Sequence record: SRR22947727_1956
Length of the DNA: 37,148 nt
Direction: 5' to 3' (one strand)
This document shows, one piece after another, positions 27,674-36,897 of the stretch. The position numbers and the translations under genes are program-made. Position 1 is the first letter of the stretch. The number at the start of each line of letters is the position of its first letter. The notes under the pieces are model-generated. The model had not been told where the DNA came from and ran no database searches. It saw only the letters and a list, made by a program, of their open reading frames with translations.

Positions 27674-28273
27674 ATGGCTAAACACACGGAAGATTTCAAA
27701 ATTGAGGCGCTGCTTGAGTGCAGGCTTTGCGCAGATCAATTCGCCGCAACGCAAAATGCGCATCAGCCAAGGCCGGTTTTTCAGGGCAATCCGCGCGCGA
27801 AAATTTTAATCGCAGGGCAGGCGCCGGGTGCGCGGGTGCATCGCTCGGGCGTTCCGTTTAGCGATCCCTCGGGTGATCGATTGCGGGCGTGGATGGGGCT
27901 TGCGCCCGACCAATTTTATGATCCAGAGCGTATTGCGATTTTACCAATGGCGTTTTGCTTTCCGGGCTATTCCGCGCAAGGCGCCGATTTGCCGCCACCC
28001 AAAATCTGCGCGGCCACGTGGCGCGCGCAAATGCTTGCCCGTTATCCAAACCTCGAACTGCAGCTTCTGGTGGGGGGCTATGCGCAGAAATGGCATTTGA
28101 ACACCAAGGCCAGTTTGGGGCAGGTGATGGCGCAGTGGCGCCGCGACCTACCGGCAATTTTACCCTTGCCGCACCCGTCCTGGCGCAATAATGCGTGGCT
28201 CAAGAAAAACCTGTGGTTTGAAGCCGATCTGCTGCCCGAGTTGCAGCGGCGCGTGAAGGAGCTGATGCGATGA
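27674..28273 (+). CDS. Uracil-DNA glycosylase family protein (family 4-like)
   Basis: CRLC, GQAPG, F.DPSGDRLR.W, CFPG, KIC and PLPHPSWRN motifs. Confidence 0.92.
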   Translation: MAKHTEDFKIEALLECRLCADQFAATQNAHQPRPVFQGNPRAKILIAGQAPGARVHRSGVPFSDPSGDRLRAWMGLAPDQFYDPERIAILPMAFCFPGYSAQGADLPPPKICAATWRAQMLARYPNLELQLLVGGYAQKWHLNTKASLGQVMAQWRRDLPAILPLPHPSWRNNAWLKKNLWFEADLLPELQRRVKELMR

Positions 28274-29061
28274 GCGTTGAAACGCCGCTTGATCGGGCGC
28301 ATGCCAAGATGCAATCTGCATCTGACCAAGATGCGGCGCGATTGGGCTTTTATGAGCGGCTGGCGGATGCCGAATTGTTTTTGCTGCTGACGCAGCCGCC
28401 GGTTGGAGAAGCGGTAGAGCCAGAGATTTTCGATCTGCAAGAGCATTCTTATGTTTTGGTTTTTGACCGTGAAGACCGGCTGTCAGAATTTACCGGCCAA
28501 ATTTCACCCTATGTGGCGCTTTCCGGGCGCGCGGTTATCGCGATGCTGGTGGACCAAAAGCTTGGCCTTGGGGTGAATTTAGACGTGGCCCCCTCGCAAA
28601 TGCTTTTGCCGCCCGAGGCGATTGGCTGGTTGTCGCAAACATTGGCGCAAACAGCCGAGGAAGTCTCGCTGCAGCCTATGGCGTTTTATACGCCCTCCGA
28701 TATTCCGCAAGCGGTCTTGGAAAGTTTGGATAGCAAATTGGTGTCTGCGGCGGGTCTGGTGAAACAGGTTTGGCTGACCTCTGTGACCTATGCGGGGGAT
28801 CAAAGGGGCCATCTTTTGGCGTTTATTGACGCGGTTGCCGGGGCCGAGCCAGCGCTGACAACGGCGGCGCAAGAGGCGCTGACCTTTTCTGGTATCGAGG
28901 CGGGCAGTATCGATGTGGGGTTTTTTACCTCAGAGGATAAAGTGTATAAAACCTTATCGGCGCATGGGCTTAGGTTTGATTTACCGCAGCCAGAGCCAGC
29001 GGTGGCGCAAAACCCATCAGCGCCGGGCCGCGACCCCGCCAAGCCGCCGATTTTGCGTTAA
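28270..29061 (+). CDS. SseB family protein
   Basis: FYERLADAELFLLL, VLVFDREDRL, LGLGVNL..APS, and C-terminal RFDLP..PG.DP.KPPILR; ATGA overlap with the UDG gene. Confidence 0.82.
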   Translation: MSVETPLDRAHAKMQSASDQDAARLGFYERLADAELFLLLTQPPVGEAVEPEIFDLQEHSYVLVFDREDRLSEFTGQISPYVALSGRAVIAMLVDQKLGLGVNLDVAPSQMLLPPEAIGWLSQTLAQTAEEVSLQPMAFYTPSDIPQAVLESLDSKLVSAAGLVKQVWLTSVTYAGDQRGHLLAFIDAVAGAEPALTTAAQEALTFSGIEAGSIDVGFFTSEDKVYKTLSAHGLRFDLPQPEPAVAQNPSAPGRDPAKPPILR

Positions 29062-29780
29062 GCGGGCTTGGGGCTCTGCGTCACCCATTTGACATCGCTT
29101 AAAAAAATATATCCGGCCCCGTAAATGGTTTTGATCAGCTGCGGGTTTTTTGGGTCTTCACGCAATTTTGTGCGCAATCGCGAGATCCGAACATCCATCG
29201 CCCGATCGAAACTTTCACTGGCCCCGCCGCCCAGCGTTTCCTGCATTTGGGCGCGGCTTATCAAGCGCTTGGGGCTTTGTAAAAACATTCGTAACACTTC
29301 GGATTCAGCGTGTGAAAAGGGGGTTTCAAGCCCATTTTCATCTTCCAGACTATAGCGATCGAAATGCGCCACCCAAGTTGAAAAATAGGCGCTGGTACCT
29401 GTATGCGCGCCGGTGCGATCTTGGCGCAGGCGGGCGCGAATGCGCGCCACCACTTCGGCCGGATCGAACGGCTTGATAATGTAATCATCCGCGCCCAACT
29501 CTAAACCTGTAACCCGATCTTGAACCTGCGCGCGCCCAGAAATAATGATCACCACCGCCCCTTTTTCAAGCGCCAAGCGATGCACCAGCGTTAACCCGTC
29601 GCGGTCAGGCAGGCTGAGATCTACCAAACAGACATCGGGTGTGGCCGTTTTCAGCGCGGCTTCAAATTCGGTGGCGCGCGAAAAACTAATGGTGCGAAAC
29701 CCGGCATCCTCTAAGGCTTTGACCAACATTGCTCTGATTTCAGGTTCATCATCGAGAATAGACACCAAAGGAAGAGTCAT
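29058..29780 (-). CDS. OmpR family response regulator
   Basis: Receiver domain (ILDDE, LVDLSLP, GADDYIIKPF) plus wHTH (DRAMDVRISRLR, IKTIYGAGY). Confidence 0.95.
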   Translation of the reverse strand: MTLPLVSILDDEPEIRAMLVKALEDAGFRTISFSRATEFEAALKTATPDVCLVDLSLPDRDGLTLVHRLALEKGAVVIIISGRAQVQDRVTGLELGADDYIIKPFDPAEVVARIRARLRQDRTGAHTGTSAYFSTWVAHFDRYSLEDENGLETPFSHAESEVLRMFLQSPKRLISRAQMQETLGGGASESFDRAMDVRISRLRTKLREDPKNPQLIKTIYGAGYIFLSDVKWVTQSPKPA

Positions 29781-31693
29781 AAAGAGGGCCCGCCGGATAA
29801 AATCGTTTCAAGGGTGCGTTGTGAAAACGGTTTGGACAAAACGGGCGCCAAAGTCAAAGCATCTTGATGCAATGGATCTGCAATCGGCAGCGATGTCATA
29901 AAAATCAATTCAGCCGATGGGTGCGGGCGCGCTTTGCCAAGCGCGGTGCCGTTTTCATCACCCTCAAGGTTTAAATCGCATAAAATCAGCGCAATATCGG
30001 GCAAGTTTTGGCACAGGTCTAAGGCTTCGCTGACCGAGCTGGCTTCAATTACCAAATGCCCAAGATCTGTCAGCATGACGCGCATATCTTTTCGCAAACT
30101 GGGATCATCTTCAACAATCAAGACCATCGCTTTATGCGGCATTGCGGGCACTTTTCGCAGCGGTAAGCGCAATTGTGCACGGGCACCAGAAAAGCTATTG
30201 CTAAGCCGCAAATCACCCCCGGCGAGCTTGGCGGCATCATAAACCATGGTCAGACCAAGCCCGTTCCCATCAAGGCCTTTGGTCGTGTAAAACGGGTCTA
30301 AGGCGTGCTTTAAGGCTTTTGCGCTAAATCCAGATCCTGAATCCGTGACGATAAAATCGAGCCAGATATCCGCCACAGGGCGGATTGAAAGCTTGATCCG
30401 CCCTCCCGCGCCACAAGCGTCTTTGGCATTTAGAATTAGATTGAGCAGCGCATCCTGAAGCATCCCAGAATCAAGAAAATACGCTTCATCCGGCACTGTG
30501 TTGTGGATTTTCAAAATGATGCTTTTGGGCAGCGCAGCCTCAGCCAATGGAAGCAGTTTTTCAAGAAGCGCCTCAATATGCGTTGGTGTCGGGTTTAAAT
30601 TGCGGGTTCCTGTCATGTCGCCAATTGTGTTCAGCAGGCTTCCGCCGCGGGTTGCCGCAGTTTTGGTGGCCTCGATCAAGGCCAGTGATTCTGCATCATG
30701 CACGCGGCGGGTGAGCCGACTTTGTGCGCCCAAAATAATGGTAAGGAGGTTTGCAAAATCATGCGCCAAACCGCTGGTCAGCTGAGCAGCAAGTTCGCGT
30801 TTGGCGACCTGTTGCAAGGCGTTGCGCGCTTGCGTTTCCTCGGTGATATCCATCGACAGGATATAAGCGCCTTCGATGCCCGTTTCTTTTACATCAGGCG
30901 TGAAGGCCACGCGAATGCGCCTGGCGCTGAGATCATCGGTGAATTCCAGCACGCTTGGAATTCCCAAAAACGCTTCGCGTAATTTTGGCGAAATTTGGTT
31001 ATAGGTGGGCGCGCCGAGCACCTCGGAAATAGGCCGGCCAATAATGTCATTCGGTCTGTCCGGCAACACCATAGATAGACGCCGATTGGAATACCGATAG
31101 CGCCCCTGGCGATCCACATGCGCCACATGGGCCGGAATCATTTCGCTTGTCAGGCGAGTGCGCGATTCGATTTCTGTAAGTTCGCGCTTGGCTTCCTCGA
31201 GCGCTGCGATACTGGACTCTAATTGCCGATTTTTCGCGGCCAGTTCCTCTGAATAGGATAAAAGCTGGTCTGAAAGCTCTTCAGAGCGCAGGCGCAATAA
31301 GTTTTCTTGTTTTTTTGTTTGGGTTATGTCGGTGTAGACGGTGACCCAACCGCCTTGCGGCAAAGGGGCGCCTTCGATGCTGATCACTTGCCCATTGGCG
31401 CGGATACGTTCTACGTAATGCGGCTCGAAGGCCTTTGCGATATCAACTTTTTCCTGAATAAAGGCTTCCGCATTTTCAACATTACCATATTCCCCGCTTT
31501 CAACCAAATAGCGGATTGTGTCTTCAAATTTAGCGCCCGGTGTTGTTAGGGATTTAGGAAGGTTAAACATTTCCCCGTGGCGTTGATTGCACAAAGCAAG
31601 CTCAAGATCTTTGTTATAGATCGACAGCGCTTGTTGAATCAAATTTAGCCCCGCCTGCGTCATGGCATTGGGATCGGTAAAGCGCTGCTCCAT
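29777..31693 (-). CDS. Cytoplasmic PAS-domain hybrid sensor histidine kinase
   Basis: Two PAS-like regions, coiled coil, H-box GLAHDFANLL, N-box LNLILNAKDA, G-boxes DSGSG / FYTTK / GLGL, C-terminal receiver; no TM segment. Confidence 0.93.
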   Translation of the reverse strand: MEQRFTDPNAMTQAGLNLIQQALSIYNKDLELALCNQRHGEMFNLPKSLTTPGAKFEDTIRYLVESGEYGNVENAEAFIQEKVDIAKAFEPHYVERIRANGQVISIEGAPLPQGGWVTVYTDITQTKKQENLLRLRSEELSDQLLSYSEELAAKNRQLESSIAALEEAKRELTEIESRTRLTSEMIPAHVAHVDRQGRYRYSNRRLSMVLPDRPNDIIGRPISEVLGAPTYNQISPKLREAFLGIPSVLEFTDDLSARRIRVAFTPDVKETGIEGAYILSMDITEETQARNALQQVAKRELAAQLTSGLAHDFANLLTIILGAQSRLTRRVHDAESLALIEATKTAATRGGSLLNTIGDMTGTRNLNPTPTHIEALLEKLLPLAEAALPKSIILKIHNTVPDEAYFLDSGMLQDALLNLILNAKDACGAGGRIKLSIRPVADIWLDFIVTDSGSGFSAKALKHALDPFYTTKGLDGNGLGLTMVYDAAKLAGGDLRLSNSFSGARAQLRLPLRKVPAMPHKAMVLIVEDDPSLRKDMRVMLTDLGHLVIEASSVSEALDLCQNLPDIALILCDLNLEGDENGTALGKARPHPSAELIFMTSLPIADPLHQDALTLAPVLSKPFSQRTLETILSGGPSL

Positions 31694-31771
31694 GGTGATG
31701 TCCTTCGGTTACGCCAAAGGGAAACGTGAAACATGCGAAAAAACAAGGGGCTGCTCAAAAAAAACTACTGA

Positions 31772-31810
31772 TTGAAACAATTTGTAAGATTTCAGAAATT
31801 ATCAAGAAAC
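31772..31810. promoter_or_regulatory. Helically phased G(A/T)AA repeats, candidate OmpR-type binding array
   Basis: GAAAC 31774, GTAAG 31784, GAAAT 31795, GAAAC 31806 (spacing 10/11/11) in the divergent kinase/ligase intergenic region. Confidence 0.35.
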
Positions 31811-31887
31811 GATTGTCGCGCAGGGTTCTGTTTGAACAGAAAAGACGGCAAAAGCCGCAGCCCTGTTCGCAAGGGAGGATAAACATT

Positions 31888-33858
31888 TTGACACAGACGT
31901 CACAGGCGCTTGATGATCTGCGCTCTTTGCCGCATTTGCTACGCAGAAATGCCAGCCGGTTTCCTGATCGCCCTGCCTTGCGGGAGAAGGAATTGGGTAT
32001 TTGGCAAACCTGGACATGGGCGCAGGCCGAGCGCGAGATCACGAATATGGCATTGGGCTTGATTGAGCTTGGCGTCAAAGAGGGCGATTATGTTGCTGTG
32101 ATCGGGCGCAATCGCCCCTATATTTACGGATCACTTGTGGCCGTTCAAATGGCGGGCGCTGTGCCCGTGCCGCTCTATCAAGACGCTGTGGCCGAAGAAA
32201 TGTCGTATGTTTTAGAACATTGTGGCGCGCGGTTTGTGATTGCAGGCGATCAAGAGCAGGTTGATAAAGTTCTTGAAATTCAAGATGATTTAAAGGATTT
32301 TGAACATCTCATTTATCTCGATGCGCGGGGCATGCGCAAATACGATCACAGCAGATTGCATGATTTAAGAGCGCTGCAGCAAAGCGGTCTGGCTGCGGCT
32401 GACGGTTTGCAAAAAGAGCTCGATTCCCGTGTTGAGGCGCAAACCTTTGAGACAACATGCGTGATGCTTTATACATCAGGCACGACGGGTAAGCCCAAAG
32501 GGGTTGTGTTAAGCAACCGAAATATCATTATTTCGGCAAAGAATGCCTGTGAATTTGATGGGCTGAAGGAAACCGATAGCTTGCTGTCTTATCTGCCGAT
32601 CGCGTGGGTGGGCGATTTCATTTTCTCGGTCGGGCAATCTTATTATGCGGCCTTGTGCATAAATTGCCCTGAAAGCCAGGAAACGGTTCTGTCTGATTTG
32701 CGTGAAATCGGACCTAGCTATTATTTTGCGCCGCCGCGGGTTTTTGAAAGCATGCTCACGTCGGTGGTGTTGCGGATGCAGGATGCAAGCCGCATCAAGC
32801 AAGGCCTGTACCGATATTTTATGGCGCACGCCAGCAGGGTGGGTCAGGATATTCTGGATGGCAACGCGGTTTCGGCTTTGGATCGCTTGACCTATCTGAT
32901 TGGTGATGCGGTCATTTACAGCCCACTTAAAAACGCGCTTGGGCTTAGCCGGGTGCGCGTTGGATATACCGCAGGCGAGGCTATCGGGCCTGAAATATTT
33001 GATTTCTTCCGCTCTATGGGGATCAATCTGAAGCAGCTTTATGGGCAAACGGAAGCGTCGGTTTTTGTAACTGTCCAACCTGATGGGCAAGTTTATTCGG
33101 ATACGGTTGGGGTGCCCGCGCCGGATGTTGAAGTGAAAATCGCGGAGAGTGGAGAGGTGTTCTATCGATCGCCTGGGGCCTTTGTCGAATATTATAAAAG
33201 CCCTGAAAGTACGGCCGAAACGAAAGATCCCGAAGGTTGGGTGGCCACGGGGGATGCGGGCTTCTTTGATCCTGACAATGGTCATCTTAGAATTATTGAT
33301 CGCGCAAAAGACGTTGCTAAAATGACTGATGGATCAATGTTTGCGCCGAAATATGTGGAAAATAAACTGAAATTTTACCCAAATATTTTGGAATGCGTGG
33401 TGTTTGGTGCGGGGCGAGATCGGTGCATGGCCTTCGTGAACATCGATCTGGCCGCTGTTGGAAATTGGGCCGAGCGCAATAATATTGCCTATTCAAGCTA
33501 TCAGGAATTGGCGGGCCACCCAGAGGTGCTGCGCGTCATCGAGGGCCATATCGAAGAGGTGAATATTAAAGTTGCGCAGGATGCGATGTTGTCGGGCTGC
33601 CAAGTACATCGGTTTTTGGTGCTTCATAAAGAGCTGGATGCGGATGATGGGGAAATGACCCGCACGCGCAAAGTGCGCCGCAAGGTGATTTCAGAAAAAT
33701 TCTCGGATCTGGTTGAGGCGCTTTATAACGGCGCTCAGGACGTGTTTACCGAAACAGAGGTCACCTATGAAGATGGGCGAAAAGGTAAAATTTCGGCCAC
33801 TCTGGAAATTCGAGATGTCAAAACCGTAGCGGTCTCGGGCCGCATCGCGGCAGAATAG
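31888..33858 (+). CDS. Long-chain acyl-CoA synthetase-like AMP-binding protein
   Basis: YTSGTTGKPKG, YGQTE, ATGDAG and IIDRAKD motifs; TTG start at 31888 after a GGGAGG RBS. Confidence 0.92.
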   Translation: MTQTSQALDDLRSLPHLLRRNASRFPDRPALREKELGIWQTWTWAQAEREITNMALGLIELGVKEGDYVAVIGRNRPYIYGSLVAVQMAGAVPVPLYQDAVAEEMSYVLEHCGARFVIAGDQEQVDKVLEIQDDLKDFEHLIYLDARGMRKYDHSRLHDLRALQQSGLAAADGLQKELDSRVEAQTFETTCVMLYTSGTTGKPKGVVLSNRNIIISAKNACEFDGLKETDSLLSYLPIAWVGDFIFSVGQSYYAALCINCPESQETVLSDLREIGPSYYFAPPRVFESMLTSVVLRMQDASRIKQGLYRYFMAHASRVGQDILDGNAVSALDRLTYLIGDAVIYSPLKNALGLSRVRVGYTAGEAIGPEIFDFFRSMGINLKQLYGQTEASVFVTVQPDGQVYSDTVGVPAPDVEVKIAESGEVFYRSPGAFVEYYKSPESTAETKDPEGWVATGDAGFFDPDNGHLRIIDRAKDVAKMTDGSMFAPKYVENKLKFYPNILECVVFGAGRDRCMAFVNIDLAAVGNWAERNNIAYSSYQELAGHPEVLRVIEGHIEEVNIKVAQDAMLSGCQVHRFLVLHKELDADDGEMTRTRKVRRKVISEKFSDLVEALYNGAQDVFTETEVTYEDGRKGKISATLEIRDVKTVAVSGRIAAE

Positions 33859-33869
33859 GGCGGGCAGAG

Positions 33870-34688
33870 GTGTTGGATAGTCAGGTAACGCAAACCACGG
33901 CTGATGGGCGTAAAATCGGCGGTGTCATGATGGAAATGAAAAATATCACCCTGCGCTTCGGAGGCGTGGTGGCGATCAAAGATATTTCATTTGATATTCT
34001 TGAAGGCGAGATCCGCGCCATTATAGGGCCCAACGGCGCCGGTAAATCATCAATGCTTAATGTGATTTCTGGATTTTACCATCCGCAAGACGGTGAAGTT
34101 TGGTTTCATGGGAAAAAACGGCCTGCGGTGAAACCTTATGAAGTGGCCCGGCAGGGCATAGCGCGCACATTTCAAAACATTGCGCTGTTCGAAGGGATGA
34201 CGGTGCTGGACAATGTGATGACGGGCCGGTTGACGCAGATGAAATCGGGCGTGTTTCAACAAGCGCTTTGGTGGGGTGCTGCCGAGCGCGAAGAGCTGGA
34301 AAATCGAGAGATCTGTGAAAAGGTAATTGATTTCTTGGAAATTCAATCGATCCGCAAAACCCCTGTGGCGCGTTTGCCTTATGGTTTGAAAAAGCGCGTA
34401 GAGCTGGCCCGTGCGCTGGCCTCTGAGCCAAAGCTGCTGCTGCTTGACGAGCCGATGGCCGGCATGAATGTGGAAGAAAAAGAAGATATGTCGCGCTTTA
34501 TTTTGGATGTGAATGACGAATTTGGCACTACGATTGCGCTTATTGAACATGATATGGGCGTGGTGATGGATTTGTCTGATCGCGTGGTCGTGATGGATTA
34601 TGGGCGCAAAATTGGCGATGGCACACCGGATGAGGTGCGCAACAATCAAGACGTGATTGATGCGTATTTAGGGGTGAGCCATGATTGA
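33870..34688 (+). CDS. livG: Liv-type ABC transporter ATP-binding protein (LivG-like)
   Basis: GPNGAGKS, GIARTFQN, LPYGLKKRVELARAL, LLLDEP, IEHDM and AYLG motifs. Confidence 0.92.
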   Translation: MLDSQVTQTTADGRKIGGVMMEMKNITLRFGGVVAIKDISFDILEGEIRAIIGPNGAGKSSMLNVISGFYHPQDGEVWFHGKKRPAVKPYEVARQGIARTFQNIALFEGMTVLDNVMTGRLTQMKSGVFQQALWWGAAEREELENREICEKVIDFLEIQSIRKTPVARLPYGLKKRVELARALASEPKLLLLDEPMAGMNVEEKEDMSRFILDVNDEFGTTIALIEHDMGVVMDLSDRVVVMDYGRKIGDGTPDEVRNNQDVIDAYLGVSHD

Positions 34689-34755
34689 GACCTGCGCGCG
34701 GTTGGATGCCATGAAACCGATGTGTAACTTTGCACAGTCTGAAAGGACAATCTGA
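34681..34755 (+). CDS. Candidate 24-aa mini-ORF bridging livG and livH (MIETCARLDAMKPMCNFAQSERTI)
   Basis: Its ATG overlaps the livG stop (ATGATTGA) and its TGA overlaps the livH ATG (TGATG). Confidence 0.3.
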   Translation: MIETCARLDAMKPMCNFAQSERTI

Positions 34756-35741
34756 TGCCAGAACAGGTGATTTTTGGAATGGAAGTGTTTTTGAACGGCC
34801 TGATGGCGGGCGTTCTCTATGCTTTAGTGGCGCTGGGGTTTGTGTTGATTTACAAAGCATCGGGCATTTTCAACTACGCTCAGGGCGTTATGGCGCTGTT
34901 TTCAGCCATGACCTTGGTGGGCATGATGAACGGGCAAGTGCCCTTCAGCCATTTGATCAACGCTGTGTTTGGCACCGATATCCATCATTTCGGTTGGCAT
35001 TTACCCGCGCTTATCGGAATTTTGCTGACCATGGCGATTATGGTCTTGCTCGCCTGGCTTGTTCAAAAAATCATTTTCAAACATTTGGTCAATCAGGAAC
35101 CGATTATCTTATTCATGGCAACGATTGGTCTGGCCTATTTCATGGAAGGTTTTGGCGACCTGATGTGGGGGGGAGAGATTAAAAAGCTAGATGTTGGCAT
35201 TCCCCAAGGGATCAATCTTTGGATAGATGAAGCGACGTATAATATATTTGATTACGGCTTTTTCATCGACAATCTGGATATTTTTGCAACCATCGTTGCC
35301 GCTATTCTGGTTTTGGCATTGGTCGCCTTCTCTCAATATACGAAACAGGGCCGCGCGATGCGCGCGGTGGCCGATGATCACCAGGCGGCCTTGTCGGTTG
35401 GAGTGTCTTTGAATTTTATCTGGGTAATGGTCTGGTCGCTGGCTGGATTTGTGGCTCTGGTTGCCGGAATTATGTGGGGCACAAAATCCGGGGTTCAATT
35501 CTCGCTTTCTTTGATCGCGTTGAAAGCCTTGCCGGTGTTAATGCTGGGGGGGTTCACGTCAATCCCGGGGGCGATCGTGGGCGGTTTGATCATCGGTGTG
35601 GGCGAGAAAATGTTTGAGTTTCTGGTTGGCCCGTTGATCGGGGGCGCAACTGAAAATTGGTTTGCTTATGTTTTAGCCCTGTTGTTTCTCGTCTTTCGGC
35701 CACAAGGCCTATTTGGCGAAAAAATTATCGAAAGGGTTTAA
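34755..35741 (+). CDS. livH: Liv-type ABC transporter permease (LivH-like)
   Basis: NGLMAGVLYALVALGFVLIYKASGIFNYAQG, GRAMRAVADD, LGGFTSIPGA and RPQGLFG motifs. Confidence 0.93.
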   Translation: MPEQVIFGMEVFLNGLMAGVLYALVALGFVLIYKASGIFNYAQGVMALFSAMTLVGMMNGQVPFSHLINAVFGTDIHHFGWHLPALIGILLTMAIMVLLAWLVQKIIFKHLVNQEPIILFMATIGLAYFMEGFGDLMWGGEIKKLDVGIPQGINLWIDEATYNIFDYGFFIDNLDIFATIVAAILVLALVAFSQYTKQGRAMRAVADDHQAALSVGVSLNFIWVMVWSLAGFVALVAGIMWGTKSGVQFSLSLIALKALPVLMLGGFTSIPGAIVGGLIIGVGEKMFEFLVGPLIGGATENWFAYVLALLFLVFRPQGLFGEKIIERV

Positions 35742-35744
35742 ATC

Positions 35745-36821
35745 ATGTTGTATCGCGAAGCCGGTGATTTCAAAACCACCTATAAAGAAGACAACCAAAC
35801 CTTTCCGATCAAATTTGACCGTTACCGGTATTATTTTGTTTTGATCGTGGCCTTTTTGATTATCCCGTTTTGGATAAATGATTATTGGGTGAATGCAATT
35901 TTCCTACCCTTCCTGATCTATTCGATTGCCGCGATTGGGTTAAATATCTTGGTAGGTTATTGTGGGCAGGTTTCGCTGGGAACTGGCGGGTTTATGGCGG
36001 TAGGCGCCTATGCGGTGTATAAATTAATGACGGCTTTTCCAGATGTGAGTATTATGATACACGTCATGCTGGCAGGTGCGATCACCGCTTGTGTGGGTGT
36101 GTTATTTGGGCTGCCCTCGCTGCGGATCAAAGGCTTTTACCTTGCCGTTGCAACATTGGCGGCGCAATTTTTCCTCGTCTGGATATTTAACCGGGTTCCT
36201 TGGTTTTATAATTATTCAGCCTCAGGGCAGATCAATGCGCCCGAGCGCACATTTTTTGGCGTACCCGTCACCGGGGCCAATGCCGATAGCTGGGCGACCT
36301 ATCTCTTTTGCTTAATCATCTTAACCGTCTGTGGCATTGTCGCTCGCAATTTGACGCGAGGCTCGATCGGTCGAAAATGGATGGCGATCCGGGATATGGA
36401 TATTGCGGCCGAGATCATTGGAGTGAACCCGCTCAGCGCAAAACTTTCGGCTTTTGCGGTCAGTTCTTTTTTCATTGGCATATCCGGGGCGTTGTTTTTT
36501 GGGGTGTATCTGGGGGCTGTTGAAGTGGGCGAAGCCTTTGGGATCAATAAATCCTTTTTGGTGCTGTTCATGATCATTATTGGCGGGCTTGGATCAATTT
36601 TTGGTAGCTTTGCAGGTGCTGCATTTCTCGTACTTTTGCCGGTCTTATTGAAAAATCTGTTTGTAGCCGGTCTGGGCTGGCAACCAGATCTCGCCACGCA
36701 TCTTGAGTTTATGATCGTCGGTGGCTTGATCATTTTGTTCTTGGTGGTTGAGCCGCATGGCATCGCTCAATTATGGCGGCTTGCAAAAGAAAAACTGAGA
36801 CTTTGGCCGTTTCCGTATTAA
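35745..36821 (+). CDS. livM: Liv-type ABC transporter permease (LivM-like)
   Basis: GLNILVGYCGQVSLG, LRIKGFYLAVATL, GRKWMAIRD and IIGGLGS motifs. Confidence 0.93.
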   Translation: MLYREAGDFKTTYKEDNQTFPIKFDRYRYYFVLIVAFLIIPFWINDYWVNAIFLPFLIYSIAAIGLNILVGYCGQVSLGTGGFMAVGAYAVYKLMTAFPDVSIMIHVMLAGAITACVGVLFGLPSLRIKGFYLAVATLAAQFFLVWIFNRVPWFYNYSASGQINAPERTFFGVPVTGANADSWATYLFCLIILTVCGIVARNLTRGSIGRKWMAIRDMDIAAEIIGVNPLSAKLSAFAVSSFFIGISGALFFGVYLGAVEVGEAFGINKSFLVLFMIIIGGLGSIFGSFAGAAFLVLLPVLLKNLFVAGLGWQPDLATHLEFMIVGGLIILFLVVEPHGIAQLWRLAKEKLRLWPFPY

Positions 36822-36897
36822 GCGTTCAAAGTAGAAATTACCATTGAGGCTCTCGCCTCTAAAAGACCAACGTCGGATAAAAATGGGAGGAAAACCG

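Noticed and set aside
31726..31887. N-terminal extension of the acyl-CoA ligase
   Set aside because: AT-rich promoter sequence; a strong GGGAGG RBS points to TTG 31888
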